Below are positions 1-7,631 of a stretch of 24,000 nucleotides of DNA, one piece after another (position 1 is the stretch's first letter; every line of letters begins with the position of its first letter). This DNA is from Jiangella alkaliphila (GTDB taxonomy: Bacteria > Actinomycetota > Actinomycetes > Jiangellales > Jiangellaceae): the NCBI RefSeq assembly GCF_900105925.1, contig NZ_LT629791.1, forward strand, positions 2,057,278 through 2,081,277, in the 5' to 3' direction. The position numbers and the translations under genes are program-made. Under the pieces are notes generated by a model, which had not been told where the DNA came from, ran no database searches, and was given only the letters and a program-made list of their open reading frames with translations.

Positions 1-1
1 G

Positions 2-949
2 ACCAACGACGGGTACCTCCAGCCGGCCCGCGACCGTCCCGGCCTGCGCGTCGTGGGCGACGCGCTGGTCGAGCGCATCCTGTTCACCGGGAACCGCGTG
101 ACCGGCGTGCGTGCGATCGTCGCCGGTGCGCCGGTCGAGTTCCGCGCCGCCGAGGTCGTGGTGTCCGCCGGCGCCATCCACTCGCCGGCGGTCCTGCTGC
201 GCTCGGGCGTCGGCCCGGCCGGCGAACTGTGCGACGCCGGCGTCGACCCGGTCGCGGACCTTCCGGTCGGGCGCAACCTGCAGGACCACCCGAGCATCGC
301 GCTGGGCCTCGGCCTGCACCAGGAGATCGACTACCGCGGCGTGCCCATGCGTGGCCAGGTCTGCGTGCGGTTCACCACCGGCGTCGGCGACGAGGTCAAC
401 GACGCCATGATCGCGGTGACCGGTGCGCTGGGCCTCGGTGTGCCGGCCGCCGGCGTCGTCGGCTGGGTCAACCGAGTGACGTCGACCGGACGCATCCGGC
501 TGGCCGGCACCGATCCGGCCGCCGATCCGGTGGTCGACTTCGACCTGCTGTCCCACCCCGACGACCTGCGGCGATTCCGGGCCGTCGTCGACGAGCTGCG
601 GACGTTCGCGGCACAGCCGGAGCTCAAGGAGATCGCGCCCGAGATGAGCCTCAGCGGCCTCGGCGCGGTCGCCGCCGATCCGGCCGAGACCATGAGCGAC
701 GACGAGTTCGCGCGGTTCGCCCTCGCCGCCGTGAGCGACACCGTCCACGCGAGCGGAACCTGCCGCATGGGCGATCCGGGTGACCCGGACGTCGTCGTCG
801 ATCCGGCCGGGCGGGTGCTCGGCATAGACGGCCTGCGCGTGGCCGACGCGAGCATCCTCCCGTGGGTGACCCGGGCGAACACCAACCTGACCGCGATCCT
901 CGTCGGCGAGAAGGTCGCGGCATCGATGCGCGCGGAGGCCACGACATGA
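2..949 (+). CDS. GMC-family (glucose-methanol-choline) FAD oxidoreductase, C-terminal portion; 5' end lies outside the window
   Basis: The frame is open from base 2 (TNDGYLQPARDRPGLRVVGDALVERILF...). The listed ORF 53..949 is only the part downstream of an internal GTG. C-terminal GMC signature is present: HASGTCRMG, VDGLRVADASILP, NTNLTAILVGEKVA. Stop TGA 947-949 overlaps the next gene's ATG (ATGA). Confidence 0.9.
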   Translation, partial: TNDGYLQPARDRPGLRVVGDALVERILFTGNRVTGVRAIVAGAPVEFRAAEVVVSAGAIHSPAVLLRSGVGPAGELCDAGVDPVADLPVGRNLQDHPSIALGLGLHQEIDYRGVPMRGQVCVRFTTGVGDEVNDAMIAVTGALGLGVPAAGVVGWVNRVTSTGRIRLAGTDPAADPVVDFDLLSHPDDLRRFRAVVDELRTFAAQPELKEIAPEMSLSGLGAVAADPAETMSDDEFARFALAAVSDTVHASGTCRMGDPGDPDVVVDPAGRVLGIDGLRVADASILPWVTRANTNLTAILVGEKVAASMRAEATT

Positions 950-2370
950 GTGATCACGACTGCACGATCCGGGAACTGGTGGGCACGACGGCCGCGGTAC
1001 CGGCCGGGGAGCTGGACCCGGTCCTGACCGACCCGGACACCGGGCAGCGGCTGCATCCGCAGCGGGCCAGCGCGCCCGAGAGCGTGGAGACGGCGGTCGC
1101 GACCGCGTGGGCCGCTCACGCCGGCGGCGTCTGGTCCGACCTCCCACGCGGCGAACGCGCGGCCGCGCTGCGCCGTCTGCACACGGAGCTGGCCTCGCGC
1201 ACGGAGGAGCTGGCGCGCGCGGACAGCCTGGACACGGGCGTGCCGCGGGCGACGACCGCCGCCCTCATCGGCGCGGTGGCCCAGCTGCTGGACCTCGGCG
1301 CGACCCAGATCGAGGACGGGTTCGAGCACACCGAGCAGCTCTCGTCGGCCGGGGCATGCGACCAGTGGCGACTGCCCTGGGGTCCGGCGGCGGTCTTCAT
1401 CCCCTGGAACGCGCCGAGCCACCTGGCGATCGTCAAGACCTCCTACGCCCTGGTCGCCGGGTGCCCGGTCATCGTCAAACCGTCGGAGTGGGCACCGCAC
1501 TTCTCCGGCGTGTTCGCCGACGCCGTGCGGGCGGCGCTGCCACCCGGCGTCGTCCAGATCGTGCACGGCGACCGCACAGTCGGCGAGGCGATCGTCGGCG
1601 ACGAGCGGATCGCCGCCGTCTCGTACACGGGCGGCGTCGCGGGCGGCATGGCCGTGGCCGAGGCGTGCGGGCGGCTGCTCAAGCCGGTCGACCTGGAGCT
1701 GTCCGGCAACAACCCGGTCGTCGTGCTCCCCGGCGAGGAGCCGAAGGCGGTCGTCGAGCAGGTCGTGACGGCGATGCTGACGCTGAACGGGCAGTACTGC
1801 ATCGGGCCGCGGCGGCTCATCGTCCCGGAGGCGGAGGTCGAGGACTACCTGGCCGCCCTCGGGCCCGTCCTCGACGCCGTGCGCATCGGCCGCACCACCG
1901 ATCCGGACGCCCAACTGGGTCCGCTCTCGCACGAACCGCACCGCCGCCGCATCGACGACCAGCTCGCGGAGTTCGCCGCGCGTGGCTGCGAGGTGCGCCG
2001 GTATGGGCGGCTCCCGGATGCCTCCGGGCACTTCGTGGCTCCGGCGGTCGTGCTGACCGACCCGGCGCCGGAGCTCAGAGAGGAGATCTTCGGCCCGGTG
2101 CTGCAGGTGCGGACCTACCGGGAGCTCGACGACGCGATCACGACCGCCAACGACCATCCGTACGGGCTGGGCGGCTACGTGTTCGGCACCGACCGGGAGG
2201 CCGCCCGTGCGGTGGGCCGGCGGCTGCGCGCCGGCCTGGTCCGGCTGAACTCGGCCTACGGACCGCCCGACGCCGACCCGGTGGCGAGCATGTGGGGGGT
2301 CAGCGGCCTCGGCGAGCTGGGCACCTGGCAGGGGCCGGCCTTCTTCACCGGAGCCCGCTTCGTCGGCTGA
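946..2370 (+). CDS. NAD(P)-dependent aldehyde dehydrogenase family protein
   Basis: ALDH motifs: IPWNAPSHL (Asn region), ELSGNNPVVV (general-base Glu), GQYCIGPRRLIV (catalytic Cys), EEIFGPV. I place the start at ATG 946 (MSDHDCTIRELV), preceded by GGAGG at 934-938. The ORF-track start at 862 would overlap the upstream gene by about 90 nt. Confidence 0.9.
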   Translation: MSDHDCTIRELVGTTAAVPAGELDPVLTDPDTGQRLHPQRASAPESVETAVATAWAAHAGGVWSDLPRGERAAALRRLHTELASRTEELARADSLDTGVPRATTAALIGAVAQLLDLGATQIEDGFEHTEQLSSAGACDQWRLPWGPAAVFIPWNAPSHLAIVKTSYALVAGCPVIVKPSEWAPHFSGVFADAVRAALPPGVVQIVHGDRTVGEAIVGDERIAAVSYTGGVAGGMAVAEACGRLLKPVDLELSGNNPVVVLPGEEPKAVVEQVVTAMLTLNGQYCIGPRRLIVPEAEVEDYLAALGPVLDAVRIGRTTDPDAQLGPLSHEPHRRRIDDQLAEFAARGCEVRRYGRLPDASGHFVAPAVVLTDPAPELREEIFGPVLQVRTYRELDDAITTANDHPYGLGGYVFGTDREAARAVGRRLRAGLVRLNSAYGPPDADPVASMWGVSGLGELGTWQGPAFFTGARFVG

Positions 2371-2539
2371 GCATGGAGATGTGGCGCTAGCCCTTGCAGA
2401 TATGAGTGCCTGGAGTAGCGACCGCCCATCGCATCAACCTGCGGTGGGCCCGACCGCCTTGGCCAGGCTGGTCGTCGCACAAGAACCGGCATATCGGGCG
2501 CCGTCACGACGATCAGCCTTGCCAAGGGCGGCGCGATGA

Positions 2540-3178
2540 TCACGGTCTGAGGTGGCGCCGCATCAGGGCCTCGGCGGCCGCGCCGTCGCCGGCCACGATG
2601 AGGTCGACGAGCTCGAGATGCTCGGCCGCGGCGTTCGCGAGCGCGCCCTGCTCCACGAGCGGCGCCAGGCCGTGAAGCCGCGTCTGGTCGCGCAGGCCGG
2701 CGACGAGGTCGACGACGCGCTGGTTCCCCGCGTGGCCGAGCAGCTCGAGGTGGAAGCGCCGCTCGGCCTCGTTGTAGCCGATCAAGTCGCCGGCGCTCGC
2801 CCGGTCGACGATGCTCCGGGCGAGCTCGCGCAGGGCGGGGATGTCGCGGCCGAGGATCGACGCGATCGCGCGGCGGACGGCGGGTGGCTCGACCAGCAGG
2901 AGCAGCTCGGTGATCTCGGCGAGGTCCCGCTCCGACACCTCGGTGACGCGGAACCCCTTGTTCGGCACCGTCGACATGAGTCCCTCGCCGACCAGGTCGA
3001 GCAGCGCCTCGCGGACCGGCGTCGCGGAGATGCCGAAGTGCTGCCCGAGACTCGGCGCGGAGTACACGTCGCCGGGCTCCATCTCGCCGGAGACGATGGC
3101 CGCCCGCAGGGCCTGGGCGACGCGCACGCGCAGGCCCTCCCGCTTGGGGATCTCGGTGAACGCCGGCGTGGACGTCAT
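2540..3178 (-). CDS. GntR-family transcriptional regulator, FadR/FCD subfamily
   Basis: N-terminal winged HTH typical of GntR: LRVRVAQALRAAIVSGEMEPGDVYSAPSLGQHFGISATPVREALLDLVGEGLMSTVPNKGFRV. The all-helical C-terminal domain includes RRFHLELLGHAGN. It starts 7 nt after the SDR stop, so it is probably co-transcribed. Confidence 0.9.
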   Translation of the reverse strand: MTSTPAFTEIPKREGLRVRVAQALRAAIVSGEMEPGDVYSAPSLGQHFGISATPVREALLDLVGEGLMSTVPNKGFRVTEVSERDLAEITELLLLVEPPAVRRAIASILGRDIPALRELARSIVDRASAGDLIGYNEAERRFHLELLGHAGNQRVVDLVAGLRDQTRLHGLAPLVEQGALANAAAEHLELVDLIVAGDGAAAEALMRRHLRP

Positions 3179-3185
3179 GACACGG

Positions 3186-4010
3186 CTACTTCGGGGGCAG
3201 CCGGACGCCTCCGTCGACGCGGACCACCGCCCCGTTCAGGTAGGGGTTGGTGAGGCACTCCATGACCATGCGGGCGACCTCGTCGGGAAGGCCGAGACGC
3301 GAGGGGAAGAGCACAGACCGGCCCAGCCGCGCCTTGAACTCCTCGGCCTGCTCGCCCACGCCGTAGATCGGGGTGTCGACGAGGCCCGGCGCGACGGTGT
3401 TGAGCCGGATCCCGCTGACCGACAGGTCGCGGGCGACGGGCAGGGTGAGGCCCACGATGCCGCCCTTGGAGGAGGAGTACGCGGCCTGGCCGATCTGGCC
3501 GTCGAACGCGGCCACGCTCGCGAACGCCACGATCGCGCCGCGCGCGCCGTCGGCGTCGGTCTCGTTGCGGCTCATCGCGGTGGCGGCGAGGCGGATCGTG
3601 TCGAAGGTGCCGATCAGGTTGACCTCGAGCACCTTCCTGTACATCGCGAGATCGTGCGCCGAGGCGAACTCGCCGTCGCGGCCGATGGTCCGCTGCGCCG
3701 GTGCGAAGCCGGCCGAGCAGACGACCGCGCGGAGCGGACCCAGCGCGACGGCCCGTTCGACCGCGGCCTGGAGCTGCTCGGTGCGGGTCACGTCGGTCTC
3801 GACGAAGACTCCGCCGATCTCGTCGGCCAGCGCGCCACCCGGGCCGGCCTGGAGGTCGGCGACGACGACCGCCGCGCCGGCCGCGGCGAGCCGCCGGGCG
3901 GCGGCCGCGCCGATGCCGGAGGCGGCGCCGGTGACCAGCGCGGACGCGCCGGCGAGCTCGACGGGACCGTGGCCGGGGGTGGTGATGTCACGGGTCGGGG
4001 CGGGGGTCAC
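3186..4010 (-). CDS. Short-chain dehydrogenase/reductase (SDR), 3-hydroxyacyl-CoA dehydrogenase-like
   Basis: Rossmann motif ALVTGAASGIGAAAARRLAAAG. Catalytic YSSSKGG (YxxxK). PG motif NTVAPGLVDTP. GTG start at 4010 with GGAGG 5 nt upstream on the minus strand. Confidence 0.9.
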   Translation of the reverse strand: MTPAPTRDITTPGHGPVELAGASALVTGAASGIGAAAARRLAAAGAAVVVADLQAGPGGALADEIGGVFVETDVTRTEQLQAAVERAVALGPLRAVVCSAGFAPAQRTIGRDGEFASAHDLAMYRKVLEVNLIGTFDTIRLAATAMSRNETDADGARGAIVAFASVAAFDGQIGQAAYSSSKGGIVGLTLPVARDLSVSGIRLNTVAPGLVDTPIYGVGEQAEEFKARLGRSVLFPSRLGLPDEVARMVMECLTNPYLNGAVVRVDGGVRLPPK

Positions 4011-4171
4011 TCTTCCTCCTCGCGAGACGGTGCGGCCGTCCTAGTGCCTAGAAGAACAGCCGATCTGTGTGGATGATTCACTACCCAGAGGATGACGTCA
4101 ATGATGCCCTGGTGTAGTGCACCAATGGTGGGGTAATCTGCGCCTATTCAGCTAGGTGAAAGGGCGTCGAG

Positions 4172-5293
4172 ATGTTGACCTCAGCCGACCTTCCCCGCCT
4201 GCTCTCCGACCTCGATCGGGAGGCCGAGGACTACCTCGTCACCCGCGACGAGGCGACGCTCATGATCGGGCTGTCCGTGCGGGGCGAACGTCATGTCCGG
4301 AGCTTCCGGTCACCGGGCGCCCAGCACGCCCCGCTGCCCGACGAGCGGACGATCTACGAGATCGGCTCGGTCTCGAAGGTCTTCTCGACGACCGTGCTGG
4401 CCGTGCTGGAGGCCGAGGGGCTGATCGGGCTCGACGACCCGATCGGCGCGCACCTGCCGAAGGACCTCCGGCTGCCGGAGCGGATCGCGTCGATCACCGT
4501 CCGGCAGCTCGCCACGCACAGTTCCGGGCTCGGCTCGGTCGGCCGGCGCCACCAGGCCTTCATCGACGAGGAGCTCCGCGGCACCGAGCCGCCGTTCGGC
4601 GCGTACACCCACTACCTGCGGTACCGGAAGGAACACCTCTACGCCGACCTCGAGGACGCCGAGCTGGTGTACCCGACCGGGCAGGGCTGGACGTACTCGA
4701 TCATCGGCATGGGGACGCTCGGCCACCTGCTGGAACTGGTGACCGGGAAGCCGTACGAGCAGCTGCTGAAGGAGACGGTCTGCGCCCCGCTGGGCCTCGC
4801 GGACACCGGCTACGCGCTGTCCGAGGAGCAGCAGGGCCGGGTGGTGTACGCGTACGACGGCGGCGGGCAGCCGTGCCCGAACTGGTACCACGACGTGCTG
4901 CTCCCGCAGGGCGGACTGCGCTCCACGATGACCGACCTGCTCGCGTTCGTCGAGGCGAACCTCGCGGCCGGTGCGGCCGCGGACGGGTCGCCGCTGTCGC
5001 GGGCCATGCGCACCGCCCGCGAGCAGTACTTCGCCGTCCCCGACGGGTTCGCCATGCCCGACGGGAGCGAGCCGCCCGACTTCGTCCAGGGCCTGGCCTG
5101 GCGTGGGCTGGACCGGCCGGACGGACTGGCCTGGTGGCACCCGGGGACGACGTTGTTCTACCTCGCCGGCGCCGGTGTGGACGACCGCGCCGGGGTCGGC
5201 TTCGTCGTCCTGTACTCCGGCCGCAGGGCGCTCGTCGAGAGAGACGTCCTGCACCCCCTCCAGCGGGAGTGGTTCCGCCGCGCCTGTCTGTAG
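4172..5293 (+). CDS. Serine hydrolase of the beta-lactamase/transpeptidase fold (class C beta-lactamase / esterase / D-aminopeptidase-like family)
   Basis: SxxK nucleophile motif in YEIGSVSKVFSTTVLAVL, followed by LATHSSGL, a Tyr motif WTYSIIG and an HxG motif WWHPGTT. No signal peptide is seen. The overlapping 4156.. frame is Arg/Pro-rich nonsense here. Confidence 0.85.
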   Translation: MLTSADLPRLLSDLDREAEDYLVTRDEATLMIGLSVRGERHVRSFRSPGAQHAPLPDERTIYEIGSVSKVFSTTVLAVLEAEGLIGLDDPIGAHLPKDLRLPERIASITVRQLATHSSGLGSVGRRHQAFIDEELRGTEPPFGAYTHYLRYRKEHLYADLEDAELVYPTGQGWTYSIIGMGTLGHLLELVTGKPYEQLLKETVCAPLGLADTGYALSEEQQGRVVYAYDGGGQPCPNWYHDVLLPQGGLRSTMTDLLAFVEANLAAGAAADGSPLSRAMRTAREQYFAVPDGFAMPDGSEPPDFVQGLAWRGLDRPDGLAWWHPGTTLFYLAGAGVDDRAGVGFVVLYSGRRALVERDVLHPLQREWFRRACL

Positions 5294-5319
5294 CCGCCGT
5301 CTCCCGAGGAGCGATCGCC

Positions 5320-7593
5320 ATGACCGCCGACCTGACCGCCCGCTACGCCAAGGCCGAGGCCCTGCTGCCGCACCACCTGAAGGAACTGGTCCGCACCCCA
5401 CGCGTGACGCCCCAGTGGATCGGCCGCACCGAGACGTTCTGGTACCGGACCAGGACGGCCGAGGGTGTGCGGTTCGTGGTCGTCGACGCCGAAGCCGGCA
5501 CGAAGCGGCCGGCGTTCGACCACGAGCGGCTCGCCCGCGCGCTCGGTGACGTCCTGGGGGAGGAGGTCGATCCGGCGGCGCTGCCGTTCTTCTCCATCGA
5601 CCTGCTCGAGGACGGCGCGGTGCGCGTGGTCGTCGGGGAGCGGCGGATCGAGATCGCCCTCGACGACTACGGCGCGACGGTCCTCGGCCCCGCCCACCCG
5701 GCCGAGTCGCCGTCGCCGGACGGGCGCTGGGCCGTGGGGATGCGCGACCACAACCTCTACCTGCGCGACACCGCCACCGACGAGGAGCGCCAGCTCACCA
5801 CCGACGGCGTCGAGTCGTACGACTACGCGACGATGGCGGACTCCTGTGCCAACCTGGTGATGCAGGAGAACCTCGGCTTCACCATGCCGCCGCTGGTCGT
5901 GTGGTCGCCGGACTCGACCCGGTTCGTCACGCACCGGCTCGACCAGCGCCGCGTCGGGCTCATGCACCTGCTGCGCTCCGCGCCGCCGGAGGGCGGCTTC
6001 CGGCCGAAGCCGATGGCCTATCGCTACGCCGTCGTGGGCGACACGACGGAGAACCTCGCGACCTCGGAGTACTTCGTATTCGAGGCGGCGACGGGCGCGG
6101 TGACGCGGGCCGCCGGCGAGCCGTTCCTCACCCCGTTCGTCCCCACCATCGCCTACGGCTTCCTGTGGTGGAGCGCGGACGGGGCGACCGTCTACTTCCT
6201 CTCCAGCGACCTCGGCGACCACACCGCCCGGCTGAACGAACTCGATCCCGGGACCGGCGCGGTCACGGTCCTGGTCGAGGAGACGAGCACGTCGCACATC
6301 CTGCACGGTCCCCAGCAGCAGGACAGCAACGTCCGGGTCACGTCGTCTGGCGAGGCGCTGTGGTGGTCGCGGCGCAGCGGCCACGGCCACCTCTACCGGT
6401 ACGGCCGCGACGGCTCCGTCACGACCCTGACCGCGGGCGACTGGTCGGTCCGCCACGTCGTGTCGATCGACGAGGACGCCCGCCGGGTCGTGTTCACCGG
6501 CGGCGGGCGCGAGCCGGGCTCAGACCCGTACCTGCAGGAGCTGTACTCGGTGTCGCTGGACGGCGGTGAGCTCACCGCGATCACGTCCGACGGCCGCGAC
6601 CACGCCTGCGCCGCGTCGCCGTCGGGACGGTTCTTCGTCGACAACACGTCGCGGTACGACGTCGAGACCGTGTCGGTGCTGCGCGACCGCTCCGGCGCTG
6701 TGGTGCTGGACCTCGAGCGGGCCGACGCCGCCGCCCTCTACGCGGCCGGCTGGACGCCCCCGGAGCGCGTCGTGGTGAAGGCCGCCGACGGCGAGACGGA
6801 CCTCTACTGCGCCATCTACAAGCCGCACGACTTCGACCCGTCGGCGACGTATCCCGTGGTCGAGGAGATCTATCCCGGCCCGCAGATCTCCACCGCGCCG
6901 CTGCGCTTCCCGCTGTCCGGAGGCGTGCTGACCGGCGAGCGCAACGCCGCGGGCTTCGCGGCGCTCGGGTTCGTCGTCGTGGCGGTCGACGGCCGGGGTT
7001 CCGCCCTGCGCGGCAAGGACTTCCAGGACTTCGGCCGCCGCGGGCCAGAGGGCGAGTTCGTCGGCGACCACGTCGCGGCGATCAAGCAGCTGGGCGCGAC
7101 CCGGCCGTGGATGGACCTGGATCGGGTCGGCATCTACGGCCACTCCGCGGGCGGCTACGCCTCGACCAGATGCATGCTGCTCGCACCCGAGTTCTACAAG
7201 GTCGCGGTCTCCTCGGCCGGCAGCCACGACAACCGCCCGAACCACGTGTGGTGGGCGGAGAAGTTCTTCGGCTCGCCCGACGAGTTCGACTTCGCCGCTC
7301 AGTCCAACCCCGAACACGCCGCGAAGCTGAGGGGCAAGCTGCTGCTGGTGCACGGCGAGATGGACGACAACGCCACGCCGCACCTGACGATGCGCCTGGT
7401 CGACGCCCTGATCAAGGCGAACAAGGACTTCGACCTCCTGATCGTCCCCAACGCCGACCACCGCCTGATGATCGGCACCGCGTACTGGCTGCGGCGGCGC
7501 TGGGACTACTTCGTCCAGCACCTGATGGGCGAGCCGCCGCCCGCGTACCAGATCGCCGACATCCCGATCGATCCGGAACTGCTGGCGCCCTGA
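5320..7593 (+). CDS. S9-family serine peptidase (dipeptidyl-peptidase IV-like beta-propeller N-domain plus alpha/beta-hydrolase C-domain), copy 1
   Basis: Sensible sequence begins at ATG 5320 (MTADLTARYAKAEALL), with GAGGAG at 5305-5310. Catalytic triad context: GIYGHSAGGYAS (Ser), HGEMDDNATP (Asp), VPNADH (His). The 5' 1.1 kb of the listed 4156..7593 ORF is off-frame read-through of the hydrolase gene. Confidence 0.9.
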   Translation: MTADLTARYAKAEALLPHHLKELVRTPRVTPQWIGRTETFWYRTRTAEGVRFVVVDAEAGTKRPAFDHERLARALGDVLGEEVDPAALPFFSIDLLEDGAVRVVVGERRIEIALDDYGATVLGPAHPAESPSPDGRWAVGMRDHNLYLRDTATDEERQLTTDGVESYDYATMADSCANLVMQENLGFTMPPLVVWSPDSTRFVTHRLDQRRVGLMHLLRSAPPEGGFRPKPMAYRYAVVGDTTENLATSEYFVFEAATGAVTRAAGEPFLTPFVPTIAYGFLWWSADGATVYFLSSDLGDHTARLNELDPGTGAVTVLVEETSTSHILHGPQQQDSNVRVTSSGEALWWSRRSGHGHLYRYGRDGSVTTLTAGDWSVRHVVSIDEDARRVVFTGGGREPGSDPYLQELYSVSLDGGELTAITSDGRDHACAASPSGRFFVDNTSRYDVETVSVLRDRSGAVVLDLERADAAALYAAGWTPPERVVVKAADGETDLYCAIYKPHDFDPSATYPVVEEIYPGPQISTAPLRFPLSGGVLTGERNAAGFAALGFVVVAVDGRGSALRGKDFQDFGRRGPEGEFVGDHVAAIKQLGATRPWMDLDRVGIYGHSAGGYASTRCMLLAPEFYKVAVSSAGSHDNRPNHVWWAEKFFGSPDEFDFAAQSNPEHAAKLRGKLLLVHGEMDDNATPHLTMRLVDALIKANKDFDLLIVPNADHRLMIGTAYWLRRRWDYFVQHLMGEPPPAYQIADIPIDPELLAP

Positions 7594-7631
7594 CGGCTCC
7601 ATCACCCGACGTCACCCGAGGAGCGAAACGT

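Noticed and set aside
331-2157. 608-aa minus-strand ORF antisense to the GMC and ALDH genes
   Set aside because: It is Arg/Pro/Gly/Asp-rich low-complexity sequence typical of off-frame reading of high-GC DNA. The plus-strand frames carry clear family motifs.
2451-2474. Hairpin CGACCGCC-TTGGCC-AGGCTGGTCG between the convergent ALDH and GntR genes, as a possible bidirectional terminator
   Set aside because: The stem is only ~9 bp with a bulge and there is no U-tract. This is not enough evidence to annotate it as a terminator.
4066-4100. CRP-like TGTGG-ATGAT-TCACT and a perfect 8-bp TGACGTCA in the SDR/hydrolase intergenic region
   Set aside because: The CRP-like site has a 5-nt rather than 6-nt spacer and imperfect half-sites. 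The 8-bp palindrome is short and its flanks are not symmetric. Both are too weak to call.
4156-5319. N-terminal 388 codons of the listed 1145-aa ORF (and likewise 7107..7631 of the 931-aa ORF)
   Set aside because: These are off-frame read-through of the preceding gene and are Arg/Pro-rich. Sensible peptidase sequence and an SD begin at 5320 and 7632.
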